Positions 22,114 to 35,172 of a stretch of 64,000 nucleotides of DNA are shown here, piece by piece (positions within the stretch are counted from its first letter, which is position 1; every line of letters begins with the position of its first letter). The notes under the pieces are model-generated. The model made no database searches. It saw only the letters and a program-made list of their open reading frames with translations, and had not been told where the DNA came from. This stretch comes from Octopus sinensis (taxonomy: Eukaryota): the NCBI RefSeq assembly GCF_006345805.1, contig NC_043001.1, forward strand, positions 51,274,001 to 51,338,000, read 5' to 3'. Made by a program: the position numbers and the translations under genes.

Positions 22114-23749
22114 CTACAATGATATACCAAAATCATGAAATACTTCAGGATAGTCAATATTATTTCACAATCATTCTCCCAAAAGCTATTAGTCGGTTAG
22201 TTAGTTTGGTTGTCCTGCTGAACACTTCAGTGATTTCACATGAGTATGCCATCCATCATGGTTCCCCATGCATATATTTAATTCATCAACATTTGGCATT
22301 CCACTGTCCTGAAGCAAGTTGTCAATATAGGTTAAATGATTTCTTCCCCTGTTGTTTCCCCACAAAAAGCTATGAATGGTCATGTAATTTTAACCAGAGA
22401 TATCTCAAAAGTAAGCTATATATATACAAGCAGAAAGACCTACCTCCAGGCAGTTTTCTGCTAGCTGGTTAATAATATTCACACATTTTAAGGCAGTGAT
22501 CTGGCCAAATTATTAATACATTTGGCAAAATGCTTAGCAGTATTTCATCTTTCTATACTTTCTGAGTTCAAATTCCACCAAGGTCGACTTTGCCTTTTAT
22601 CCTTTTGGGGTCAATAAAATAAGTACCAGTTGAACACTAGGGTTGATGTAATCAACTAGTCACCTCCCCTGAAATTCCTGGCCTTGCACCAAAATTTGAA
22701 GCCAGTATTTACCTATTGGTCCCAATATGAGTAATTTTTCTGATATGTTACATCCAATCTTCCTTTGTCTCCTTTATTCTTATAACAGTAATTATCCGCT
22801 CAGTAAATATTTCTTGCATTATTTCATCACAGTGTTAATCTCTGTCTTTTAGATAAACTCAAAGGTAGCACACCTACATAGTTATTTAGCATGCCAGAAA
22901 TAGCAGGGATTATGTAAGTATGGTCTAAGGTCTGTAACGTATCAAACAACCATATCAACAAATTCACCTCTGATATTCTTATTTTATTTTGGTTCTTTTC
23001 AAATCCTGTCAATATTTCTGGAAAATTTCGTTTCATAAAAATTAATTATTCATTTAACAAATTCCAGAAGCACAGTTCGACATCATTCATCATCATTTAA
23101 CCTCTTCCTTCCATGCTGGCATAGGTTGAACGGTTTGACAGGAGCTGGCTAAGCAGAAGCCTGCACCATATTTCTGTGTCTGTTTTTATGGCTTGATGCC
23201 CTTCCTAACATCAACCATCCTGCAGGGTGGGCTGAATGCTTTTTACAGGCGAGTTCAGTTTTGGCATGGTTTTTACAGTTGGATGCCCTTCCAAATGCCA
23301 ACCACTTTACAGTGTGGACTGGATGCCTTTTAAGTGGTACCAGCACTGCCAGGGTCACAGTTAACTAGCAGGGAATAATGGCAGAACATGTGTCTTATTT
23401 TTGCTTAAAAAGCCAAATGAATGTTTTAGCCAACCTAATAAAAAGGACTTGCCCAGTCTGTTACACAGTGAGACTGAATAATAATAATAGCAATTATAAT
23501 AATAATAATAATAATAATAATATAATAATAATAATAATAATGGTTTCGAATTTTGGTGCAAGGCCAGCAAGTTCAGAGAAATCAATTACATTGACCCCAG
23601 TGTTCAAACTGGTACTTGTTTTATTGACCCCAAAAGGATAAAAGGCAGAGTTGACCTCAGCAGAATTTGAACTCAGGCCATAAAGATGGACAACATACCA
23701 CTAAGCATTTTGCCAGGAGTGCTAACAATTCTGCTGGCAGCTCACTACC

Positions 23750-23793
<44 letters not shown>

Positions 23794-23796
<3 letters not shown>

Positions 23797-24348
23797 TGCC
23801 CTGATGCAGGACAAGGCAGTGGCTCTCATGACTTCTGATCTTAACTGATTGGAAGTGTCATCATGTACATGTTTTGACATGGTATAAAAGATGGGCTACA
23901 GAAAATATTCGGCTCAATACCACAGATTTGCTTCTCAGTTGATTGACCTAAACTAGTTGAACATGTCCCTTGGTGGCTGATGATGTGTGCATCTCTGATC
24001 ATGAGAAGAAGTAGTGGGGGAGCATCATAGCCATGTGTTGAGAGGAATTCTCTGGGGTTTGGATAATTCACCCTTGGAAACATAGGTGTTTCATTCAACA
24101 TCCTTAAACAAACCTTATTCAGTGACCTTTTGAGTGGGATGGGTTACTTGACCTGAAGCAAAAATTCTGAGCCCCACCTGCAAGGTCATGCACTGTTTAT
24201 CTTGATATGAGATCACCATGTCATGCACATATGGTTGTGATGCATGTGCCTGGTGTACCCTTATCAGACAGGTGGTCATGATGGGTATACTGGGCTTCTT
24301 ATATTTTACCCCAGTGTCACTTTGATGGCATGCGCTGCTCTCTCACTC
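23794..24348 (-). mobile_element. ~555-bp non-coding repeat inserted in an (AAT)n microsatellite
   Basis: (AAT)n on both sides. A partial second copy lies at about 58430-58515. Strand is tentative. Confidence 0.55.
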
Positions 24349-24408
<60 letters not shown>

Positions 24409-24564
24409 GAAGAGTGCCATATCATGTGAAATTGGTTGAATGATATTTCGGCATCTAGTGTGCCTTCCACAGGTTCAAATATTACATGACAGCCTACTTC
24501 ATTTTTTGTTAAGACTATATAGGACCGAGGTAACTCATCCAGAAGTTATACACAAATAAATAAT

Positions 24565-24615
<51 letters not shown>

Positions 24616-24617
24616 AA

Positions 24618-24664
<47 letters not shown>

Positions 24665-25205
24665 GTTTCAAATTTTAGCACAAGGTCAGCAATTTTGAGG
24701 GATTGGATAAGCCAATTACATCAACCTCAGAACTGAACTGATACTTATATTATCAAGCCCAAAAGAATGAAAAGCAAAGTTAACCGTGGTAGAATTTAAA
24801 CTCAGAACATAAAGACAAACAAACTGGTGCTAAGCATTTTGACCAACATGCTAATGGTTCTGCCAGCTCACAACCTATTATTGATAATAATAATGGCTTC
24901 TGATTTAGGAACAAGGTCAATAATTTTAAGTGGAGGGGGCTAGTTGATACTATTGACTCCAATTTTCTATTTTCTAGTTTCTGCCTCCTTGGCCCTAAGA
25001 AGATGAAAGCTAAATTGGCCTTGGTAAGAGTTGAACCCAGAATATAAAATGTTAAAATAAATCACACAAAACAATTTTCAGATGCTCTAACAATTGTGGC
25101 AGCTCATTAAGAATTATAATTGCTTCCAATATAGGTACAAAACCAGAAAAAAAACAAGATGAAAGGCAAAGTTGACCATGGAAAGATTTGAACTCAGAAG
25201 GTAAA

Positions 25206-26110
25206 TACAAGGTATATTTCAGAAGTTTTCAGAATTTTTCAGGAGAGACATTTATTAATTTCAAAGGAGTACAAAACTGTAATCTCCTTCAAAGTAAGCT
25301 TCTCTGACTGTCATGCACTTGGCGTGCTCCAGTCTCTTTGTGAAGGCCCCATAAAAGTCCTCCAAAGCTAAGGCATCTAGGACCCTTGCCACAGCCTCCC
25401 TCATCTTCTAAATGACTGCTCCTGCAGTTCTCCTTCACATTGGAAAACAACCAAAAGTCAAGTCACAAGGAGCAAAATCTGGACTGTAGGGAGAGTAAGG
25501 TACAGCTTTGATGCCCATCTCTGTCAAGTAGTTGGTTACCAGGATACCTGTCATTGAGCACTCTGGGAACAAACTTTGGACATGTTCAGATCTTCATGAA
25601 TAATTCTGTGCACAGTTACCACACCAACTCTAAGTTGTAAGCTTATTGTCTTTATAGACATGTGACGATCTTCATCCATAAAATTGCAAATTTTATCAAA
25701 TAGCTCTGATGTTTTGATGTTACACTCCCTTCCACACTTCTCATCGGTTCTCACCTCCTTTCTACTGTCCTTAACCTTTTCGTTACCATCCTGGCTGAAA
25801 CCGGCTCTGGCTCTGAGTACAAATGTCTTGTTTTTATAAGTTTTGAATAAAAATCTTCCACCAAACCTTAGTCACAATTTATGTTCCTAACTCTAGCTAA
25901 GTTATTTTACTAAATTCTTTGTTATATCTGAAGTAATTGAAAGAAACACAGAGCATCTCAAAATAAATACAGTAATGAAAGGGTTAAACCTCTTGTGCCA
26001 GCCAAAAGAAAAGAAAAAGAAATCCATAAGCTGTATGGAGCATTTCATTAATTTCTGTAGTTTTTTGCCTAGTTTAACACAAAATTTTGTTGCCCATTGA
26101 GCTTCCAAAT
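25206..26110 (-). mobile_element. Internally deleted mariner transposase remnant
   Basis: KFCVKLGK...WHKRFKDSRKEVRTDEKCGR...IHEDLNMSKVC, then PYSPDFAPCD. The catalytic core is missing. Confidence 0.85.
25771..25987. mobile_element. piggyBac-like MITE (TTAA target duplication) nested in the mariner
   Basis: TTAA-CCTTTT...AAAGGG-TTAA. Removing the element and one TTAA restores the mariner frame WHKRFKDSR. Confidence 0.8.
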
Positions 26111-27254
26111 TATTTTCACATCCAGACTACATTCTATAAACTAGTCAGCTGTGACAAATAGTGTTTAGTAGAATGTGTTCAAAGAACACATGAAGGTGGC
26201 AAGCTGGCAGAAATGTAGCCATATTTCATCCTTTCGGGGTTGATAAATTAAGTACCAGTTACGCACTGGGGTTGATGTAATCGACTTAATCCCCTTGTCT
26301 GTCCTCTCTATGTTTAGCTCCTTGTGGGCAATAAAGAAATAAGAATGTGTTCAAAGAGCTGTTACAGCCATTTCCTTCAATCTGAGGTAGCAAAGTTGGC
26401 AGGTCAACATATTTGATGTATAATAATATATATTAAAATTACAATAATTCAGGACAGGTATAACTACCTCTCCTAAAATGTCTTAAACTTCTGGAATGCA
26501 CCTTATAGTCAGAACAAGCATCTCAAAGCATTTTTTCCAACATTTAATGATTCCACTCATCCACTGTCCCCAAAATACCTATTTCTAACATAAACAAAAG
26601 CCCAAAAATTTGGCAGGAGGGGAAAAAAACCAATATTGATAATTAATTATATGAATCGCTACTTCATTTTATTGACCAAGTAAGAATGAAAGAAGTTGAT
26701 CTTGACAAGATTGGAATCTACAGTACCAAAAAGGTTTTGTTTTCAAAACTTAGACAATTCTACCAACCCACCACACTCAATAATTTGTAATAGAAGCATA
26801 ATGCTAGCAGTTTTGGAAAGGTCAATATATTATATCAAAACCTCACTACACACATACCTCAGTATTTCAATGGTACATATTTTATCGATTTTGGAAAGAT
26901 GAAAGGCAAAGTCAGCTTTGACAAGACTGAACTCAAAATGTAAAATGATGTACATAAAGACAACAGCAACGACAACAACAGCAGTAATATATTTGTCTCC
27001 TGTTCTAACCAGTTGTACTGAATCATAATATTGGTTTTAAATTTTGGCTCAAGGCCAGCAATTTAAGAGGAAGAGCTAAGTTGATTACATCAGCTCCAGA
27101 GTTCAGCTGGTACTTATTTACTGTCCCTGAAAGGATGAAAAATGAAGGTGATCCAGTGGCAATTGAACTCAGAATGTAAAGATGAACAAAATACCACTAG
27201 GCATTTTGCCTGGTGTGCTAACAATTCTGCCAGCTCACCACCTTAAAATGTGAG

Positions 27255-27374
27255 ATGCTTACAGCCCCCAATTTTCCCAAGCAGTCACCCATCTAGGTAC
27301 TAACTAGGCTCGACATTGCTTAACTTTGGTGATTAGTCAAGAACCAGTGCATTTAACATGATTTGGCCATAAGC
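27255..27374 (-). pseudogene. Full-length (120 nt) 5S rRNA pseudogene
   Basis: GCTTATGGCCAAATCATGTT...AAAGTTAAGCAATGTCGAGCCTAGTTAGTACC...GCTGTAAGCAT, with many CpG-type substitutions. Confidence 0.9.
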
Positions 27375-28207
27375 ATGCAGAATCATAATATAATATAAAC
27401 TAACAACAAGACAAACATCTATGAGGACCAACAACTTGCAAGAAATAGCAATCAAATTTCCCTTATATTTTATACCGTGATTTTATAAAAGTGAACCACA
27501 CATATTATCTTATTTAATTCAAACTACTTTAAAAAGACAGGATGGCCATGGCTGGAATGCCTTTGATGATAGGTCAGCTTGATCAGAGCTGTTTGAGACT
27601 ACTAAAACAACTACTACTAAAACAACAACCACATAATTCATCCGTAGAAACTTAAATGTATTAAAACAGTGACAAAAACTGATCAATAAAAAGAAAAGCA
27701 GTCTCCTATATATCCTCCTTTCTCTTGGAATACAATAAAATTATGTTAACATCTAGAAATGATAAACCACATGCAACAGTTTGTCTCCACTGTTAAACAC
27801 AGCTTTCAGACATTGCATTATTTACCATAATTGATGGATTAGAGAATGTTTAATAAATGGATTATTTACCATATGAAATGGATTCAACATACAATTTTAA
27901 CCACCATTTTTTAATGTTCTAACCTTGACAGACATAATCGAAATCATTAATTATTATTCTGCTGTAGCTGTTTGACAAAACATGCAACATACAGCAACGC
28001 ATATACGACCATACATGTGATGGCCTCGGCAACTTTTAAGTATTTCTATGTTCAACATTCAACAATTTCAGATTTTGTCACTTTGACATGTTGACATATA
28101 TTTTTTTTATGGCATAAACAAGCAAGATTATTAGCAGGTTCTCTCAACTTTCATATTGTAAGTGAAAACAAATCTTTTGAAAATTCAAACGCACCCAAAG
28201 ATTGTTG

Positions 28208-28238
<31 letters not shown>

Positions 28239-29029
28239 TGCCTCCTCATCATCATGACCAGCATCATCATCATCCCATCACCACCTTTTCCTTCTTCCTC
28301 CCCATCATCATCATAACCACCATTACCACCACCACCACCACCACCACCACCATTGACACCATTATCAGAATATCATAGAACCAAGAAACCAAATAGTTTT
28401 TGAAGTAAATTTTCTCCTTGTGTTGTGAAAGTTGGTAGAGACAAATTTTAAAAAATATATACCTAGGAGAGAGAGGGAGCGAGGGGGAGGAAGAGAGAGG
28501 GGAGAGAAAGAGAGAGAGAGAAAGAGAAAGAGAAAGAGAGAGAGAGAAAGAGAAAGAGAGAGAGAGAGAGAGAGATGACAGGGAAGAAATCTAACAAGGT
28601 ATTAGAAATTTCCATTGACTGCAGTCACAGAAGTTCAGCTTGACTGGTGAGATTTGAAATCTGAATATAAAGAGCTGGAAGAAATATCCTCAAGTATTTT
28701 TTCTTACATATAATCATGTCTTTGCCTACACTTCAACTCAAATGTTGTTTTTAGCCTAGGATTTTTAATGCTTTTGCCATTGATGCCAAACTCCTATCTT
28801 TTTCTTCTTTCACTAGTTTCAGTCATATGAGTGCAGCCATGCTGGGGCACTGCCTTGAAGAATTTTTAGTCAAATAAATCACCCTCAGTACTTATTCATT
28901 TCTTAAGTTTGGTTCTTTTGCCAAACTGCTAAGTTACAGAGATGTAAACACACAAACACCGGTTGTCAAACAGTGATGGAGGACAAACATATAAAAGACA
29001 CGCACATACAAACACACACACAAACACAA

Positions 29030-29071
<42 letters not shown>

Positions 29072-29193
29072 TCACACACACACATATATGTAGTTAATCC
29101 AAACATGAAAACACAAAGAGAAAACACAACAACGTGAGGACGTGGAACAAGTATAGTATTATTGGACGCTCAGGAAAGAATGAATGAAGGAGG

Positions 29194-29228
29194 GTTTAAC
29201 ATTTCGAGCAGAGATCTTCGTCAGAAAC
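29194..29228 (-). ncRNA. Minimal type I hammerhead motif with canonical core
   Basis: GTTT-CTGACGA-A-GATC-TCT-GCTC-GAAAT-GTT-AAAC on the minus strand. Confidence 0.6.
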
Positions 29229-29583
29229 ATAGGAAAAGGAAAGATCCAAAGAAGGGAAGACAGAGGGAAAAATCGCCATTGGTACACACGGGGTCACATA
29301 TATATATATTTCGGTGCAATATACAGTGGGCTTCTTTCACTCACAAAACTTTGGTCAGCCCGAGGCTATAGTAGGAGACATGCACAAGGTGCCACACAAT
29401 GGGAGTCTGGAATGCTGTCTTTTGGAAGCAAGCTTCTTACTACACAACCATGCCAGCACCTGAGAACAAATACTTTTCAAATTTTGTTTCATTGCAACTA
29501 ATTTCAATATTCATTACCACATTGCACAAAAGTGTCTACTGGGATTACTGATTTACTACTCATTGCTGAAATTCAATGCTTCT

Positions 29584-29810
29584 TTAACCCTTTTGATACC
29601 AACCCAGCTGAAACTGCCTCTGGCTCTGTAGAACAAATGTCTTTTCATAAGTGCTGAATAAAAATCTTCTACGAAATCTTAGTCACAATTTATGTTCATC
29701 ACGCTGGCTTAATGATAACTAAGTTGTTTTACTAAATTCTTTGTTATACTTAAAATTAATTGAAAGAAACACAGAGCATCTCAAAATAAATATGGTAATG
29801 AAAAGTTTAA
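29584..29810. mobile_element. piggyBac-like MITE, second copy
   Basis: TTAA-CCCTTT...AAAGT-TTAA. Body similar to 25771-25987. Confidence 0.7.
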
Positions 29811-31319
29811 TTATTTGTTATCCCAGATGTACCTAATTCCATTTTAAACCTATGCCTTTTTATCATTATCATTATTATCATTATAACCATTATCACTTTC
29901 ACCACCACTGCAATAAGTCATGGGAAGGCTTGTGGCTTAGTGCTTAGAATATTTGGCTCATGATCATCCATTTAAGGGTTTTTTGACAAATAAATATATA
30001 ATTTCAGAATCAGATTTAAGAATATCACATGAGCCATTTGTTCAGTTGATATATAACTAGCAACTAAGCCTGGTTTCACCTGGTCTGTTTGGATGATGTG
30101 GCTGTGATTGTTTTCGGCTAGACATAATCTATAACAGTGTTTCTCAACCTTATCATTTCGGGTCCCTCGCTTTGATTGGTGCCTCCAGCTGTATGAAAAT
30201 TTCCTGACTCGCCACCCCACCTGTCAGAAAATAGCTTCAGGAGTTGCAAAGAACGAATTTGTACATAGTCTGTTTCTGAGCAGAGGAAAAAAAGTACCTG
30301 TAGGAGTTTAAGCAATGTACTTAGGGGTCAAGAGGTTAAGAGTCTTTCTTGAGCCTTCAGGCTCATTTGGTCAAAGCTTATCCAGATTTTATTGAGTTTA
30401 AGCAGCTGACTGTAAAAACTTCTCTCTTAACTGTATGCTAGTCTGTTGCAGGGTTAAATTCCAAATGCCATTGGTTCTCAGTAGAGCGGACTAAAGAGCA
30501 AGGCAGAATGAATATATATACCAATATAAACATACCCATACTACTAATATAAGTTTTGCATATATTTTCTAAATGAACAGTCATCATTACACATGTGCAC
30601 ATGTGCGCATACACACACACACACACACTTATACAGTGGGTTTCCTTCAGTTTCTTATTTCTTTACTGCTTTGAGACCACGACCTATCTCTGACAAAATT
30701 CTGATGCAGCATGGAATTTTGTCAGGGATCAGGTCACAGTCTCAAAACAATGAAAATATTTAAGCAAATTAAATTTAAATGCTGAAGTGAATCTAATGGT
30801 TTTAGTGTGTTTTTAAATGGCTTATAAACACCTTCCACACTGCAATTGTTTTTGTTTCGGCACATGGTCTCAGATCAGGCCACTTGCTACGCAAGTACAT
30901 CTCTGTAATATATATATATATATATATATACAAATTGAGATAGGGGTTGTTTTCTTATCTTGTATATATATATATATTTGTTTCTTATGTCTGTGTTTAT
31001 CCTTCCACTATCATCTGACAACCAATGTTGGTGTGTTTATGTCCCTGTCACTTAGTGGTTCAGCAAAAAGGGACTGATAGAATACGTACTAGGCTTACAA
31101 AGAATAAGTCCTGGGGTCGATTTGTTTGACGAACGGCAATGCACCAGCATGGCTGCCGTCAAATGACTGAAACAAGTCAAAAAAGAAATGTTTTAAAAAG
31201 TATGTCTAGAATTGTCATCATCCAATATATTCACTTATTTAAGGTAACTTTGAAGGAATTTAGCTACTGTCTAGTCAGGATCAAGTAACCACTTGTTCCA
31301 TGGTTAGTAATGGGGAGTG

Positions 31320-31810
31320 GTGTTGTCGTTGGTAGTGGTGTTGTTAGTGGTGGTGGTGGTGTTGGTGGTGGTGTTGGCATTGGTGGTGGTAGTGTTGGTG
31401 GTGTTAGTGGTGCTGTTGGCATTGGTGGTGGTGATAGTGTTGGTGGTGGTGGTGGTGTTGGCATTGGTGGTGGTAGTGTTGGTGGTGTTGGTGGTGGTGT
31501 TGGCATTGGTGGTGTTGGTGGTGCTGTTGGTGTTGGTGGTGGTGGTAGTGTTGGTTGTGGTGGTGGTGGTGGTGTTGGCATTGGTGGTGGTAGTGTTGGT
31601 GGTGTTAGTGGTGCTGTTGGCGTTGGTGGTGGTGTTGGTGTTGGTGGTAGTGTTGGTGGTGTTAGTGGTGCTGTTGGTGTTGGTGGTGGTGGTAGTGTTG
31701 GTGGTGGTGGTGTTGGCATTGGTGGTGGTAGTGTTGGTGGTGGTACTGTTAGCGGTGGTGGTAGTGTTGGTGGTGGTGGTGTTGGCATTGGTTGGTGATG
31801 GTGTTGGTGA
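31320..31810. repeat. GGT/GTT triplet-based minisatellite
   Basis: Units such as GGTGGTGTTGGCATTGGTGGTGGTAGTGTT. Its low-complexity ORFs are artefacts. Confidence 0.9.
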
Positions 31811-32446
31811 TAAAACAAGGGATTAAGAGAGATATATTGTGACCTGGACCAAACCTCAGACAGGATGTCCTGGCAGGACAAGCATAAAGATTCCAAAACA
31901 GATGAAGGGCTTCTTTAAGTGAATGACTTAAAATGTGTATGTATATGTATGTATGTATGTATGTAAGTATTATGTGTGTGTGTAGGAGGAACAACAATGA
32001 CGTGTAGAGCCTATGGTTAAGAATGAGAGCCAAGTCACTGATGTAGCTAGGGGATTGGGTTTCATTTTATAATTGTTTATAACAAACAATAGACTACTTA
32101 TTAAATACCCAACCCACAGAAAGAGATAAAGGAAATGAGAGAGAAAGAGAGGAAAATATGTGTGGGGAAAAGAAATGGAGGAGGAAGCAATATATATATA
32201 TATATAGCAATGTAGCTTGTATCACACAATTTTTGTCCAGTTGATTCTCCAACTTTTTCTTTTTTACTAGATGCTTTGATTGTCCATATCTATCATTCCC
32301 TCTCTGTCTCTTGATCTGCCTTTCTCACTCTCTTTACAAAACAACCACACTCACACACTTATACACATATAAATGTAATGAACATCTATGTGACATCATA
32401 CATAGACCACAAAACTAGTAATAATAATATAGTAATAATTATATTA

Positions 32447-32665
32447 TTTAAGAAACACACAAAAGCCGTTCGATTCACTTCAACATTTAAGTTTAATTTG
32501 TCAAAATATTTTCGTCGCTTTATGACCGCAACCTGTTCACTGACAAAAATCCGTGCTGCATCCGTTGTCAGTGAACAGGTCACGATCTTAAAACGACGTA
32601 AATATTTTGACAAATTAAACTTAAATGTTGAAGTGAATCGAACAGGATTTTGTGTGTTTCTTAAA
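32447..32665. repeat. Hairpin element with 100-bp arms and 18-nt loop (related copy at 30670-30910)
   Basis: Arms 32447-32546 and 32565-32665. The 3' tail TTAAATGGCTTAYAAACACCTTCCACACTGCAATTG is shared with 30810-30910. Confidence 0.85.
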
Positions 32666-33067
32666 TGGCTTACAAACACCTTCCACACTGCAATTGTTTT
32701 CGTTTCAGCACACGATCTCAGATCAAATCACTTGCTATGCGAGTACATCTCCGTAATTATATTATTATCACTCAATAATTATGTTCCTTTTGCCATACTG
32801 AATGAAGAGACCATTAAAAAGCTAATTAGATATAATTACACAGGGAAGAGTAAAAAAATGTTAGGATTGGTAAATGGAGTGGCAAATGGTAGGAAGCTTG
32901 CTTCCCAACCACATGGTTCTTGGTTCAGTCCCAGTGCATGCCACCTTGGGAAAGTGTTTTCTACTATAGCCTTGGGCTGACCAAAGCCTTGTGAGTGGAT
33001 TTGGTAGACGGAAACTGAAAAAAAGCCCATTGAATATGTATATATGTATATGTGTGTGTGTGTGTGT

Positions 33068-33107
<40 letters not shown>

Positions 33108-33114
<7 letters not shown>

Positions 33115-33226
33115 GAAAGAATGGAGTCGAATGAAGATTTTAACAAAATTCCTTTACTCTCAACACACGTTTCGAAGTAAAGGAATTTTGTTAAAATCTT
33201 TGTTCGACTCCATTCTTTCATTTATT
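33108..33226. repeat. 51-bp inverted repeat with 17-nt spacer
   Basis: 33108-33158 versus 33176-33226, 2 mismatches. Confidence 0.9.
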
Positions 33227-33475
33227 CATATAAAAAAAACACACAAATTTCCACACAAGAACACGGGGTTTCTGCCCTTGGCATGTAGCTTCAACCGTGT
33301 TTTCTGACATGAATTTGCTACCCAGGTATCGATCAACCGAATTATCCATTCACCTACTTATATATATATATACATGTGTATATAACAAATGAAAGACAGA
33401 AGATGGAATATACGAGAATATATTATTAATCCCAACAATTGTTTCGACACATCTAGCATCGACTTCTTTTGTATA

Positions 33476-33555
<80 letters not shown>

Positions 33556-34149
33556 TGGATGGTACCCATGGAAGAGGAAGACCCAGGAAGATATGAGGTG
33601 AAGTGGTATGGACCGATCTCAAGAAGCTGGGCTTCATGGAGGAAATGACAATGGACTGAGATATCTGGTGATATGAATTTCTTGAGAAGACTTGCCCACA
33701 TCAGCAAAACAGAGTTCTAGAAGCACTGTGTGTTCCACCCATACTTAACAACAAAACTTCTTAATCACTCTACCGCAGCAAACCAAACTATGTTTCTACA
33801 TTTCTCTTCATCACATTTCTGCTTCATGTACTTTGATTACCTCCCACTCCCCAATCCTGTCATCATACCCCTGTTCCTCTGTATATCTTTGCTATCTGGT
33901 AACCCCCCCCCCCCCGCAACATACATATCCAGTTCTTGCGCCACCTGCCCTCTTTAATCACATTCCCTTCAAAATATTCTGCCATTTATATTATGGCATT
34001 TGAACCTCAAGGGTATACCATGGCACTTGCCACCATCAACATCACTGCTTTCTTTTTCTCAACTATCCCAGTTAAATATATACTGCGTGTGTACCGTTGG
34101 AAATTTTTTTACCTCTGTCTTCCCTTCTCTGGATCTTTCCTTCTCCTAT

Positions 34150-34184
34150 GTTTCCAACAAAGAGCTCTGCTCGAAACATTAAAC
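34150..34184 (+). ncRNA. Degenerate hammerhead motif (same family as 29194)
   Basis: GTTT-CCAACAA-A-GAGC-TCT-GCTC-GAAAC-ATT-AAAC. The core is mutated. Confidence 0.45.
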
Positions 34185-34881
34185 CTTCCTTCTTCCCTTC
34201 CTTCCTGAGCATCCAATAATACTATATTTGTTCCACATCCTCACGTTGTTGTGTTTTCTCTTTCTGTTTTCATGTCTGGATTAACTATATATATATATAT
34301 ATATATATACATATATGTATATGTATATATATGTATATATGTATTTGTGCATCTGTGTTTGTCCCCCTGCCATCGCTTGACAACTGATGTTCATGTATTT
34401 ACATCCCTGTAACTTAGCGGTTCAGCAAAATATACCAATAGAATAAGTACTAGGCTTACAAAGAATAATTTCTGGGGTCGATTTGTTCAACTAAAGGTGC
34501 TGCTCCAGCATGGCCACAGTCATATGACTGAAACAAGTAAAAGAATGGCTGAATATGTTTTACTTATTTGACAAGAATAATTAAACTGCAGATATGTTTC
34601 AATATTATTATGGTCTTATCAAGAAAGCAATTTAATTGTACTTGCTAAACTAGTGAAAGGAGTACTGTTAAGTAAATGTACAATGTACACTGGTAGGCAT
34701 AGATGAGTCTAATTGCATTACATTTATTATGTGTTTGTCCCATCTTTATAATTACAGTGAAGTCCAAACTTAGCTGATAAGCTTCAATTAAACTGAAAAC
34801 ACACCGGAAGTTGTCTTTCTTATGTGTCAAAATAAATAAAACGATTGCAGTTATTTAGTAATATGTTTTGTTTTAGGGTGG

Positions 34882-35157
34882 TGTTGTGCGAGAGTACAAT
34901 ATTCCCTGGCAAGAATCGACTGGACCACTACATATAAATAGTAGTGGTCTGAGTATGTGAGGTAGTTCGTGCTAGTTTCACAGTTCATATGTTGATGGTT
35001 CAAAGTTGGAGATCAAAGTTCACAGTTTGAGTTAGCATATTGGATTGCTGGTTCTTAGAAGATTGTCGTCACATTCTGTGTGGTTACTGCCAGTTGTTTT
35101 CGATTATATCGTTATTATACTGTTGTAGTTTATTTGTTTACCCATAAGGATATAACA
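34882..35157 (+). repeat. 5' LTR (276 bp)
   Basis: TGTTGTG...TATAACA termini, TATAAATA at 34933-34940, immediately followed by the PBS. Confidence 0.75.
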
Positions 35158-35159
35158 AC

Positions 35160-35172
35160 TGGTGACAAGGAT
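35160..35172 (+). promoter_or_regulatory. Primer-binding site, tRNA-Ser(GCU)-type
   Basis: TGGTGACAAGGAT equals TGGCGACGAGGAT with two CpG transitions. Confidence 0.7.

Noticed and set aside
31264-31896. Pro/Thr-rich, Gly/Val-rich and poly-Val ORFs
   Set aside because: They are translations of a GGT/GTT minisatellite. The flanking CFAP44 exons already join in phase.
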